From a virus (lineage: Duplodnaviria > Heunggongvirae > Uroviricota > Caudoviricetes), in the IMG/VR virus record IMGVR_UViG_3300021255_000031: a stretch of 64,000 bases of DNA; one strand, 5' to 3'. Shown in pieces: positions 42,753 through 52,298 of the stretch; within the stretch, counting starts at the first letter, position 1, and each line of letters starts with the position of its first letter. The notes beneath the pieces were generated by a model. The model was not told the DNA's origin. It saw nothing but the letters and a program-made list of their open reading frames with translations, and searched no databases. Both the position numbers and the translations under genes were made by a program.

Positions 42753-43550
42753 TTACTCCTTATAACTAAAATTATTTTGTTCTAGATAAATTTTTGTAAC
42801 TTCAAATTGAAGTCGATTAATTAAATTATTAGCTAAATATTCTACTCTTTTTTCAGCATCAGTGTATTCAAATTTATCGCTATAAGCTTTTAAAGCATCA
42901 GTAATTTTCATGGTTTCTTCACGATAAAAAATATTTTCTTGTTCTGTCGCAGGATAAAATTTTGCAATACGCGCGAGGTCATTAATTGCTTTATGCCGAA
43001 AAGAAAGAATATCACCTTCACGAGTTTTAGTAAAAAGCTGGCGCATATCATCGAGATGCAGGGCGTGTGAATAACGTTTTCCTTCGCTCATATTTCGACC
43101 GTGAAGCTGATAACACATACCGGCGATTGCGTTAAGCATATGCTTATAATTAGCGTGAATAAGATAAAACATAGTTTCCGGGTCGGAGAAAAATTGCTTT
43201 TCGATTTCCTTATACTGAGGTTCAAAAACTTTATATTTTGAAGAAAATACTTCGATACTATTAGGAGAGGTTTTACGAAGTAAATTCATCATAAGACGAA
43301 AATCCTTAACCACGCACTTGCCATCGCCAATTTCGGTTTCAAAACTAATAAGATTAGTATTAGAGATGAAATCAAAATAATTCGGGAAAACGATAGAAAA
43401 CGTATCGCAGTCACTATCTTCGCTTTCAAGGTCATAGTTCTGTGAGCCAATAAGAGAAGTCCAAATTACCTGATAATCTTTATGTTCGGCTACTGCCATC
43501 GCCTTTACATACGAGTGATGGTATTCAACGGCTTTCATCCAGTCTTTCAT
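42753..43550 (-). CDS. Pol-beta-superfamily nucleotidyltransferase
   Basis: GSQNYDLESEDSDCD (GS...DxD) motif. Confidence 0.75.
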   Translation of the reverse strand: MKDWMKAVEYHHSYVKAMAVAEHKDYQVIWTSLIGSQNYDLESEDSDCDTFSIVFPNYFDFISNTNLISFETEIGDGKCVVKDFRLMMNLLRKTSPNSIEVFSSKYKVFEPQYKEIEKQFFSDPETMFYLIHANYKHMLNAIAGMCYQLHGRNMSEGKRYSHALHLDDMRQLFTKTREGDILSFRHKAINDLARIAKFYPATEQENIFYREETMKITDALKAYSDKFEYTDAEKRVEYLANNLINRLQFEVTKIYLEQNNFSYKE

Positions 43551-43809
43551 TTTATTCTCCTTTATCTATATCTTATAAAAAGTTCAATTAATATACCAAA
43601 TAAGCTAAACATAGTAGCGAATTGTAAGCCATCAAGAATTGAATCAAAGGTTTTGGATGTTTCTTTATTTTTAATATCTTTATGACAAGCGATTATTATC
43701 AATAAGCCCATAAATAAATAAAGTATCAAACTTATATAAGGGGTAATCATTACTTTTTTTCCTTTCTCTTTAGTAAATATATTATACCATAAATTTGAAA
43801 AAAAGTCAA

Positions 43810-43839
43810 AAAAAAAGAATGGCGCTTTCGCGCCATTTT
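43810..43839 (-). terminator. Intrinsic terminator after the TROVE-like gene
   Basis: AATGGCGC-TTTC-GCGCCATT with a long U tract on the minus strand. Confidence 0.75.
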
Positions 43840-43840
43840 A

Positions 43841-45364
43841 TTAGCAAATGTTCTTGTAACGGTCAGAATCTAACTTCTGGAACATCAAGTCTTGTGCCGT
43901 GAGTCCCTTTAAAATCTGTTCGTATAGTACAGGAGAACAACCGCTTACGAAGGTTACGCCAGTCTTAGAGTCTTCCAGGAAAGTATTATTGCGGGCATTG
44001 ACATCCCAATACACAAGGTTGGGAAAATCATACCAGCCGCCGCACCTAGCTTCCCACTTCTGACGAATAGAAGACATAAAGTCCGTCTTTTGATAACCAT
44101 AACGCCCAGTTGCCGCATCAACTTCCATATCGCTTACGATGATAAGAGTCTTAGGCATATCTTCGGGATCAACATTATTTTGTATTGCGGTATTTAGCAC
44201 TAGGTCAAATACGCTTTGTAGATTAGTATTCTCACAAAGATTGGTACTTACGATACGTGCTACCTTATCACAAAAATCCACACCCTTAGTCTCAACTAGA
44301 CGAGCAGTATGGCTGAAGGAGATGTAATGATTTGCGAAAGGCCCCTTAGCACGCTCTGCGGTATAGAGCGCAAGAGATACTGCAACATCAATGGGCTGTA
44401 CAGAGGTGCCGGAGCCCCAACACATACTTCCTGAGGTATCGCAAACAACCATAGCGTTGAGGGTAGCACCTTTGAAGTAATCAGTAAGATTGTCCCAATA
44501 CTTATTTACCATAAGGCGCTCAGTATCATTAAGTGCAGGCTCATTATAACGGTTACCCATACACTTAATTGCGGCCGCCACTACATCATAAGGATATAGA
44601 GTACCAGCATTGACCTTAGTAGTCTTATCCTGTGCAAAAGCCTTGTACTTTTCGGCAATCAGGCCCTTACTCTTAAACACATTACGATAGATAAGACCAG
44701 CGCGAGAAGGAAGCTTAGAGAAGTCAATTTCTTCCCAACGGTTCTGAGACATAAGACGCTCTACTACCTTAATACGCTCACGCAGCATAGAGAGCATCTT
44801 ACGATACTCACGAGGAGTAAGCTCAAGAGCAGCCATAACGCGGCGAGCATTATGACGAGTAGTAGCACTAGATGTATTCTCGGAAGGCATCCACTTCGCG
44901 CAAAGAGATACCGATGCCCGAGGATCATCATTATAAATAGCCATATCGCGGGTTAGCTGATGACGAATGAGTGCCATTACTTCACGCTCAACAGGAGTAT
45001 CGAAGAGTACAAACAGGTCGTCCCAACGGATAAAGTTGCCATCTACCCACTCACGCAGATTCTGGCGGGCGGCTTCAGGATAGTTATTACCAAGCCAACG
45101 CAGACATACACGGAAGAAACGACGCTCACCTTGTCCTTCCATAATATCTCTGAGGTACGTCAGGCACTTCATCGCATATCGAGGGTTCTCCATATAGGCT
45201 TCCTTAAAGAGAAGCACGCAATCACTCTCGCTACGAGTGCGGTAAGCTCCACCAAGAGCAAACAGGTCATAAAGTTTAGACATGGATGACTTCTTGGCAA
45301 TAGCACCATTTTCGGTACACTTAAAATTATTCTGGGACTTCATCGCGTTCATAAAAGTATTCAT
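43841..45364 (-). CDS. DUF2828-like TROVE/vWA protein (Ro60/Rsr-like architecture)
   Basis: TENGA, YLRDIMEGQGER, LCAKWMP; vWA MIDAS DTSGSM, IVSDME, VYWDV; own promoter at 45429-45457. Confidence 0.75.
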   Translation of the reverse strand: MNTFMNAMKSQNNFKCTENGAIAKKSSMSKLYDLFALGGAYRTRSESDCVLLFKEAYMENPRYAMKCLTYLRDIMEGQGERRFFRVCLRWLGNNYPEAARQNLREWVDGNFIRWDDLFVLFDTPVEREVMALIRHQLTRDMAIYNDDPRASVSLCAKWMPSENTSSATTRHNARRVMAALELTPREYRKMLSMLRERIKVVERLMSQNRWEEIDFSKLPSRAGLIYRNVFKSKGLIAEKYKAFAQDKTTKVNAGTLYPYDVVAAAIKCMGNRYNEPALNDTERLMVNKYWDNLTDYFKGATLNAMVVCDTSGSMCWGSGTSVQPIDVAVSLALYTAERAKGPFANHYISFSHTARLVETKGVDFCDKVARIVSTNLCENTNLQSVFDLVLNTAIQNNVDPEDMPKTLIIVSDMEVDAATGRYGYQKTDFMSSIRQKWEARCGGWYDFPNLVYWDVNARNNTFLEDSKTGVTFVSGCSPVLYEQILKGLTAQDLMFQKLDSDRYKNIC

Positions 45365-45446
45365 AATTTTTTCTCTCCTTCTCATCTTAGTCTTTTGTCA
45401 AGACCGCAGGTTTTTTCTTTATGTATTTATTATAACATAATTTTGA

Positions 45447-47153
45447 TTAAAAGTCAAAGTATAAAGCTGGTATATATTCTGCATTTTCAAGATCGGTTAG
45501 AAAGCGTAAAAAATTTATATGAGCTACGCCAATTTTTTGCAATTGTTTTGTATAAATTCCAATAGCATGTTGCTGCGTTGTAGTATCATTATGCTGATAT
45601 ACTTTATATAAATCACGATAAAATTCGCGTAAAAGATTCCAATGCTCTTGTCCTGTTTCTGGCGCATATTTCATAAGATACCAAAAATCATACCACAAGC
45701 GTACCATTACAAAACTAATATCCTCCCATATAAAGAAAGAATTAATTTTATTTTTCTTGGCAATTTTAATTACATGCCGCTCATTTAACAATAATCCTTT
45801 TAATTGTTTTGTATACATATATTCCTTATTATTAATATGAGTAATAGAATTTTTATCATATGTATACATATATATAGGCGTACCATAAAAATGTAATTTA
45901 ATTGTATTATCATATAAATTTAATTGTTTAATTATAAGCATACATGCACGATTAAATCCGACATCTTCGTTAGCATAAGAAGATTCAGGGCAAAAATGAA
46001 TATTATATAATTCCAGAAATTCTCTTTCATAAACTGCTCCATGCAAACAATGTAATGTATTACCAGAATAGCTATTCCATTCCGCATTCAACCAACGCCA
46101 TAAATATAGATAAGGCGTAGTATCTGAAAGAATAGTAAGTATTACTTGCAATATAGCATATTTAGATAAAATATAATCTCCAGTATCTATAAATAAAATA
46201 TGAGAACCATTTGTAGCATTTATACCATCTTGGCGTGCCATTCCCGGCCCTTCATTACGTGATTTCATAATGAAATTAACTTTTGGATATTTTGTATTAA
46301 TTTCTGAATAGTCAATATCAGAACAATCATCGACTACAGTAATAGTAACGGGAAAATTATACATTTTTCCTAATGCAAAAATTTCTTCATCATATACAGA
46401 TTTAATTGTTACTTCTAAATCTTTTATATTTTTATATGTAGGAATAATAATATCTAATCCATATTTATCAGGTATATTACGTTTAATTTTTATATCTTTA
46501 TACTTTTCAACTAATGGCTCATGCTGCCAATTTTTAAGTGCTGCATAATGTATAATTTTGCGATGCTTTGCATCAAGGCTATAATTACTAATATTATAAT
46601 CTGAAGGGAGCTGATAGATATAACCTTGACATAAATTGTTAAAGCAATCTTGTTCTGGAAAAGCGTAATGATACGTATTGAGCGAATGAATTAATTCATC
46701 ATCCTTACAATCCTCACGCAATTTTTTTAAATTAAATAATGCTATACCTATATTTGTATATAAGAATTTTTTAGTAGATTTATGTGATTCACGAGTTGCC
46801 GCGAAATAATAATTAGTTAAGTCTAAATCCCATAAATTTGATATATTTTCATTTACTATAGTATCTACATCAAGCATTAAAATTTTATCAAGTTGCGGGA
46901 AAATTTTTGTTAATGCGGCCTTTAACAATATCATATAAGACCATGAATTATTGTAATTTGGTCCATCTTTATCAAACCATTCTTGATTACTTACATTTAT
47001 ACATTCAATTTCGGGCGGCAAATCATAAGGAAATTCATCATCCTCGATTAAAAAATATATTTTATCTACATCCGAATGTATTAAAAGAGATTTTGCAGAA
47101 GGCAACATATCTTGATATATGTTGCGCGTACCTGCATAACATGCATATTTCAT
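45447..47153 (-). CDS. Fused GT8 + GT2 glycosyltransferase
   Basis: LMLDVD, N.G, EQDCFN, IIHYA; then IIIPTY, VVDDCS, GPGMARQDG, FIDTGD. Confidence 0.85.
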   Translation of the reverse strand: MKYACYAGTRNIYQDMLPSAKSLLIHSDVDKIYFLIEDDEFPYDLPPEIECINVSNQEWFDKDGPNYNNSWSYMILLKAALTKIFPQLDKILMLDVDTIVNENISNLWDLDLTNYYFAATRESHKSTKKFLYTNIGIALFNLKKLREDCKDDELIHSLNTYHYAFPEQDCFNNLCQGYIYQLPSDYNISNYSLDAKHRKIIHYAALKNWQHEPLVEKYKDIKIKRNIPDKYGLDIIIPTYKNIKDLEVTIKSVYDEEIFALGKMYNFPVTITVVDDCSDIDYSEINTKYPKVNFIMKSRNEGPGMARQDGINATNGSHILFIDTGDYILSKYAILQVILTILSDTTPYLYLWRWLNAEWNSYSGNTLHCLHGAVYEREFLELYNIHFCPESSYANEDVGFNRACMLIIKQLNLYDNTIKLHFYGTPIYMYTYDKNSITHINNKEYMYTKQLKGLLLNERHVIKIAKKNKINSFFIWEDISFVMVRLWYDFWYLMKYAPETGQEHWNLLREFYRDLYKVYQHNDTTTQQHAIGIYTKQLQKIGVAHINFLRFLTDLENAEYIPALYFDF

Positions 47154-47165
47154 TTTAATTTTACC

Positions 47166-47783
47166 TCATATATCTTCTGGCTGCATAGGAACTGGAAGCT
47201 GACCGATTTCATTCCGATAATTACGAATATCGGCAATAACAGTTTCAATATTAACAGGATAACAATCGTGAGCATCCATTTCTACGTGATAACATTTATC
47301 TTTCATATCTAAAAATTTATCTTTAGTGTGCGTATGGCCCGCAAGCGCAAAAAGCTTACTATGAATTTTTTCATCATCATAATTACCAACTTTGGTTGGA
47401 TAATGTGAAAGATAAAAACTCCACTTACCATTTTTAATTATAGTAGCATAAGAGCAATGATAATCACCGACACGTATAATATGAGGACAATTTTCTTGGA
47501 TTAGTGCGATTTTATTTATAGTGTCGTGATTACCGAAAATCCAGATTTGAATACCGTTAAGTCGTTGAAGATATGGAATCGCGCCCGCTACATCATTCAT
47601 AGCCATATCACCCAAATTATATACCGTATCATCTGGTTTAACTACACTATTCCAGCGCTCAACAATTGCCTCGCACATTTCTTCTGTAGAGGTAAAACCG
47701 CGAGGTTCGTAAAGGAAAGGCTGAGAATGCATTAGATGTAAGTCGCTAGTTAGCCATATCTCACTCATTCTCTTATCTCCCAT
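47166..47783 (-). CDS. Calcineurin-like phosphoesterase
   Basis: TSDLH, LGD, GNHD, SHYP, GHTH. Confidence 0.85.
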   Translation of the reverse strand: MGDKRMSEIWLTSDLHLMHSQPFLYEPRGFTSTEEMCEAIVERWNSVVKPDDTVYNLGDMAMNDVAGAIPYLQRLNGIQIWIFGNHDTINKIALIQENCPHIIRVGDYHCSYATIIKNGKWSFYLSHYPTKVGNYDDEKIHSKLFALAGHTHTKDKFLDMKDKCYHVEMDAHDCYPVNIETVIADIRNYRNEIGQLPVPMQPEDI

Positions 47784-48253
47784 ATTTGAATAGCACGCAT
47801 ATCTTCATTTAAATGAGGTTCTCTGTATTGGTGATACATTTGTTCTAGCACAGTTTCAGGTACTCGCGCACGCCCTTCACGCTTAGCGTTCCGCCGCGCG
47901 CACTCCTCGATAGGAATATTGAAATATACATAGATAATATTATAATCAGAAAAAACAGTATCAATGGCGCGAGTAAGCTTTATACGAGACTTTTTATTTA
48001 AATGAGTAGCGTCAGCAATTACATCAACATTTGTAGATAAAAATGCGGCGATAACAGAAAAAAAGATATGAAATACATCTTTCTCATGTGAAAAGTATTC
48101 TTCTTGCGGCTCCAATAATTCAAAACGAATAGAGTCGCGTGAAACATAATGTATCTTTTGTTCATCGCTGTGCTTTTTGATAAAGTTCATTGCCCAGGTA
48201 GTTTTACCTGAAGCAGGAATACCACAAAGCATATAAAGAATAGGCTTTCGCAT
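47765..48253 (-). CDS. Polynucleotide kinase-like P-loop kinase (AAA_33)
   Basis: GIPASGKTT, SRDSIR, ADATHL, RNAKR...VPE. Confidence 0.8.
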   Translation of the reverse strand: MRKPILYMLCGIPASGKTTWAMNFIKKHSDEQKIHYVSRDSIRFELLEPQEEYFSHEKDVFHIFFSVIAAFLSTNVDVIADATHLNKKSRIKLTRAIDTVFSDYNIIYVYFNIPIEECARRNAKREGRARVPETVLEQMYHQYREPHLNEDMRAIQIWEIRE

Positions 48254-49231
48254 ACTATCATTCCTTTCGTTTAATAAATATATTATACTATATTTTTTTT
48301 AATTTGTCAAAACATCAATTAATGCTAGAATTGCTTCTGGCGATTCTTTTACTCTATAAAAACCATCTTCTGACCCAATTGTGGCTAGAATAGTATAAGT
48401 ATAATCTTTATCTTTGTGCTGGGATAAACTTTCAATAGTTTTATAATTAATATAAAGTGCAGTCCCATCGGTATTGGTTAATTTAATAAAATTCTTCATA
48501 TTATTTTTCCTTTCTCGGCATTGGCTCACAATTTTGTGGTGAAACAGACCAGATATCGCCATTACGGCACTGTAATATGGCATCACCATTTTCTTTATAT
48601 TTTCCAGTAAAAAGGCCATTAATCATGCGGCCACACGGCGTAGAATCTGGCCATTGATATCGCTTACCTGCAATTAACTTCTCTTTCATATATTCATCCT
48701 TTCATAGTGTTAAACAATTTTTCATAATCATTTTTGCTTAATTTTTCAAGAATAGAGACTAATTCATATGAACAATTGGCTATTTTAATTTGCTCTTTTA
48801 AGAGTTTTATCAGAGCGCTTCGTTCTTCCTTTTTTAAGAATAATATTTTCATATAAATTTCTTTCCTTTTCTTTTTTCTATAGTCATTATATCATAATTT
48901 TAAAAAATAGTCAAATAAAAAAAAGAGGAAGATTATTCATCTTCCTCGTTATATTGTAAAGCATCTAACTTTTTTTGGTCAGTAATACTCCATAAAGTAT
49001 TGGGTTTCCAACCATTATGGCCACGATTATTAGTTTTCACAGAACACATTGGACAGGAACAATGAATCTTATTTTTACTATATTGATGAAGATTATTGTA
49101 CCAGTCATAGTTATATCCACTGGGCTGTGTCTCGCGGTCAATCCTACGCTTACGGATTGCTTTCGTATAATCATTATGTCGTTTTTCTGCCGTCGTCCTC
49201 ATAAATAACACTTCCTAAGATGACAGTTAAA

Positions 49232-49421
49232 AGCTCCCGATAGGACTTGAACCTACAACCTGCGCATTACTGGAGCCGAGTGTGAGTTATGAACTCACAT
49301 ATCTTCGCCTAATTGATTCGTCAATCAATTAGTTTATCATACGGTCTTTTCCCTGTGATTCGGGTGTTTTACTTTAAACTAACTCGACAAGTGCGCTGCT
49401 CTACCATTGAGCTACAAGAGC
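49232..49421 (-). tRNA. tRNA-Thr(UGU) interrupted between nt 34 and 35 by a 118-nt tRNA-like insert (49271-49388)
   Basis: Removing the insert gives a 72-nt cloverleaf with GCGCA-CT TGT AA-TGCGC. Confidence 0.88.
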
Positions 49422-49426
49422 ATAAC

Positions 49427-49512
49427 TCGGCCTATTACGGGTTTTCAACCCGCTAGAATATGCTTTCTTCAACAGATAGAATTTTCTTGAAATTAATTGC
49501 TGTGTAGGCCGA
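49427..49512 (-). ncRNA. CAGCAA-scaffold RNA, copy 1
   Basis: TCGGCCTA/TAGGCCGA helix, CAGCAA, internal GCGGG-TTGAAAA-CCCGT stem-loop. Confidence 0.65.
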
Positions 49513-49519
49513 TAATAAA

Positions 49520-49648
49520 ATTGTGGGTAAGGATTTGCACCTTACATGATTTCCTTCTGAGTAAAATCTATGACCTCATAGCCAAGCCAAGTCTTCCTTG
49601 ATGCACGGGTTCAAACCGTCTAGCGTCTACCTATTCCGCCACCACAAT
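49520..49648 (-). ncRNA. tRNA-like RNA: Leu/Ser-type D arm, UGA loop, variable region of about 60 nt
   Basis: TTGTGG/CCACAA acceptor, GGCGGAATAGGTAGACGC, ACGG-TTTGAAC-CCGT, TAAGG-TGCAAAT-CCTTA. Confidence 0.65.
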
Positions 49649-49651
49649 TAT

Positions 49652-50101
49652 TTACTTATAAAGTTGATAATGCTTTGAAATTGTATGAGCGATTTCGTCA
49701 GGTAATGGACGAAAACCAATACAAGTTAATGTGCGCCCAACACCATTTTCATCAGTTTCTTCGGGAGTAAGCTCCGTGAGACAAGCATCTTTAATGAGGA
49801 AAAAATCTACTCCCTCTTCTAACCCCAATTCGCGTGCGTAGTCAACTGCCTTCATCAGTTGATTATAATTTTTAGCTTCGCAAATAGTTTTTGTAAAAAT
49901 ACCACAAAACCACTTTTTTACTACATCTGCGGGTAATTCCAATTCAAAATAATAAGTATCATTAAACTTTTGATATGGAGCAAACGCCGCTTCTTTTCTA
50001 AGTATATTAGATAAAAATGCCCAACTTGCATGTGCTACTTGTGCCGCCAATTTACCAGGGCTCATCTGTAAATCTTTTCGCGCGATTATTAATTGTCTCA
50101 T
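49652..50101 (-). CDS. Peptidyl-tRNA hydrolase, PTH2 family
   Basis: RKDLQMSPGKLAAQVAHAS, DACLTEL, TCIG..P. Confidence 0.92.
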   Translation of the reverse strand: MRQLIIARKDLQMSPGKLAAQVAHASWAFLSNILRKEAAFAPYQKFNDTYYFELELPADVVKKWFCGIFTKTICEAKNYNQLMKAVDYARELGLEEGVDFFLIKDACLTELTPEETDENGVGRTLTCIGFRPLPDEIAHTISKHYQLYK

Positions 50102-50456
50102 TCTTGCTCCGTCGTCATAAGTGTTCTTTGATATTCAATTGCTTCATCAATCTTAGAATGATCGAATATTGTACCATCAGAACAACGCCAAGCTACTGGT
50201 TGTAAGTTTCGCTTAATAGCATTTTTAGTAGTGTTAGACTCAAATTGTCCGGTAGTCTTATTTGCATGACATTCTGGAACCAATTCTTTTAAAGGGATTC
50301 TACACCAACCCTGACCGCATTGCCCGGCCTGCGCTGTATCATAACAAATAGCAATGGTATGCTTATCTGTTATATAATCATAAACTTCATAGCGCTTACC
50401 GTTCTTACGATGATACATTACTTCCATTATTTTGCATCCTTTCTTGTAATAAAGAC

Positions 50457-50555
50457 TAGACCAGTTTTATTTTTGAAGGATTTGAACCTTCTATATTTTT
50501 TTTATTAAGAAAAAAATAATTATCCATTGTTAAAATAAATGGCTGTACTGGTCTA
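50457..50555 (-). ncRNA. CAGC(C)A-scaffold RNA, copy 2
   Basis: TAGACCAG/CTGGTCTA helix, CAGCCA, T-arm GAAGG-TTCAAAT-CCTTC. Confidence 0.6.
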
Positions 50556-50565
50556 TAAAAATTTC

Positions 50566-50627
50566 TAGGCTTTCTTTGTTCCTTTGATTTCAAGTCAAAT
50601 TTTTGTAATAGTTGCTGACAAAGCCTA
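50566..50627 (-). ncRNA. CAGCAA-scaffold RNA, copy 3 (Ser-UGA anticodon stem-loop)
   Basis: TAGGCTTT/AAAGCCTA helix, CAGCAA, TTTGA-CTTGAAA-TCAAA. Confidence 0.7.
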
Positions 50628-50632
50628 ATAAA

Positions 50633-50705
50633 CTGGGATGGCTGGATTTGAACCAGCGAATGCGGGAGTCAAAGTCCCGTGCCTTAACCGCTTGGCTACA
50701 TCCCA
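50633..50705 (-). tRNA. tRNA-Gln(UUG)
   Basis: Canonical cloverleaf, CT TTG AC loop. Confidence 0.93.
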
Positions 50706-50718
50706 TCAAAGTATCGCA

Positions 50719-50988
50719 TTAAATACGATACTGGTCGATACCGCTTGGAATCACTCCATCATTAGTTTCATTAACTAAATAAGTTTCCTTATTATGCTCT
50801 GAAACAAAATAAAGCACGCCAAGTAATGAACGGGCACTAACACGAACCTTACCATCTGCTGTTTCAAGCACATAGTGGTCAGTCGTGCCATCACGATTAA
50901 GACTCGCTACAAAATTCGCAGCATCGGTCTGTGTAATTAAACGAATATGAGTACGATGATACATTTTAATCTTCTCCCTGAGTTTCAA
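50719..50988 (-). CDS. HPr-like protein
   Basis: AANFVASL...RVSARSLLGVL (Ser46-like region); no obvious His15 motif. Confidence 0.7.
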   Translation of the reverse strand: MKLREKIKMYHRTHIRLITQTDAANFVASLNRDGTTDHYVLETADGKVRVSARSLLGVLYFVSEHNKETYLVNETNDGVIPSGIDQYRI

Positions 50989-51707
50989 ACTCTTCTGTAA
51001 TTTCTTCTTCGGTTAGAATGTCATTAAGTTCGGTAAGAGCCATAGTCATTAGGAAAGATTTTCCATAAAAGCTCACAAGCCTATCCGCGGCTTTGCCATA
51101 GGTTTCCGCCGCCACAATGCCCTTTTCGGTCGTGGTTGCTCTAATTTCATTGTCGAAAAAAGTAACTACATAACTAAACATAACTTATTCTACCTTTCTT
51201 TTTTTAAAAAAACGGTGGCGCCGTATAACGACTTACCGTAATTTCGTATCACCTACTGATGATAAAGCGCCAGTTACTGAGGGTCATCAAGCATCTTTGC
51301 CTGCTTAACCCTACTCCAAGAAGAAGAAAAAACCAACTTACGCATACCGTTATCAATCCTTTCTTTCGTTCTTTATGTATATATTATAGCACAAATTTGA
51401 ATAAAAGTCAAGTATTTAATGTCAAGCCATTAAGATTAACGTCATAAGGCTGACCGGTACAAGTTATTGTTGGACTTACGGGTGGTTTGGTCGCAGTCGT
51501 AGTATTAACATTAAATGTCGGCACACAAAAAGTACAAATTGTTTGATTTGGCGCCATTACAGCACCGCATTTAGGACAAATCCAACCATACTGGAAGGAA
51601 TAAGTAGTTGTTACGGATTGTGAAGTTAGTGTTGGGGTTGTAGACTCAGGATTAAGCTTTTTGTTAACTAATCTTTTAAGTTCATTCATAATATTATCTC
51701 TCCTTTA

Positions 51708-51779
51708 AGCGCCTGGTTGGAGTCGGACCAACTAATAAGGGTTTTGCAGGCCCTTCCCCGACCGCCAGGGTTCAGACGC
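51708..51779 (-). tRNA. tRNA-Cys(GCA)
   Basis: Cloverleaf, CT GCA AA loop, U73. Confidence 0.85.
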
Positions 51780-51794
51780 ATTTTCTCATAAATG

Positions 51795-51867
51795 ACAGGA
51801 GCTGAGCGATTTGAACGCCCATCGTCTGTTTTGGAGACAGAAAGACTAACCATTGTCCTAAGCTCCT
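51795..51867 (-). tRNA. tRNA-Trp(CCA)
   Basis: Cloverleaf, CT CCA AA loop, G73. Confidence 0.88.
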
Positions 51868-51871
51868 ATAA

Positions 51872-52019
51872 TGTGCCCGGCGAGGCTCGAACTCGCGACC
51901 CCTTGATTATGGTGGAGTATCAAGGTATTGCACCTTGTCCTCTATTAGACGTCTCTAATAGTATGCTCTTTACATTACTACCCCAAAGTCAAGTGCTCTA
52001 CCAACTGAGCTACGGGCAC
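51872..52019 (-). tRNA. tRNA-Lys(UUU) interrupted between nt 35 and 36 by a 75-nt tRNA-like insert (51910-51984)
   Basis: Removing the insert gives a 73-nt cloverleaf with CTTGA-CT TTT AA-TCAAG. Confidence 0.9.
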
Positions 52020-52120
52020 AAATACGGGGAATTCTCCCCGCTATCTCTTCTCCCTAATGCTTCGTAAGTTTATTAAGATATGGTTAGGAGATATAGCCAT
52101 GTAGGTGCGACCTACATATA

Positions 52121-52198
52121 TCGGGATGGGTAGATTTGAACTACCGAAAACCTCCTGTTTATCAGACAGGCACTCTAAACCAACTGAGCTACATCCCG
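52121..52198 (-). tRNA. tRNA-Ile(GAU)
   Basis: Cloverleaf, CT GAT AA loop. Confidence 0.9.
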
Positions 52199-52201
52199 TT
52201 A

Positions 52202-52288
52202 TGGTGCGCCAGGATGGAATTGCACCACCGATGTTTCTAATGTGGGTGATTTACAGTCACCTGACCTCGCTACTAGTCACACTGACGC
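52202..52288 (-). tRNA. tRNA-Tyr(GUA), CCA encoded
   Basis: GGTGA-CT GTA AA-TCACC, long variable arm, ends ACCA. Confidence 0.85.
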
Positions 52289-52298
52289 ATAATGTCAC

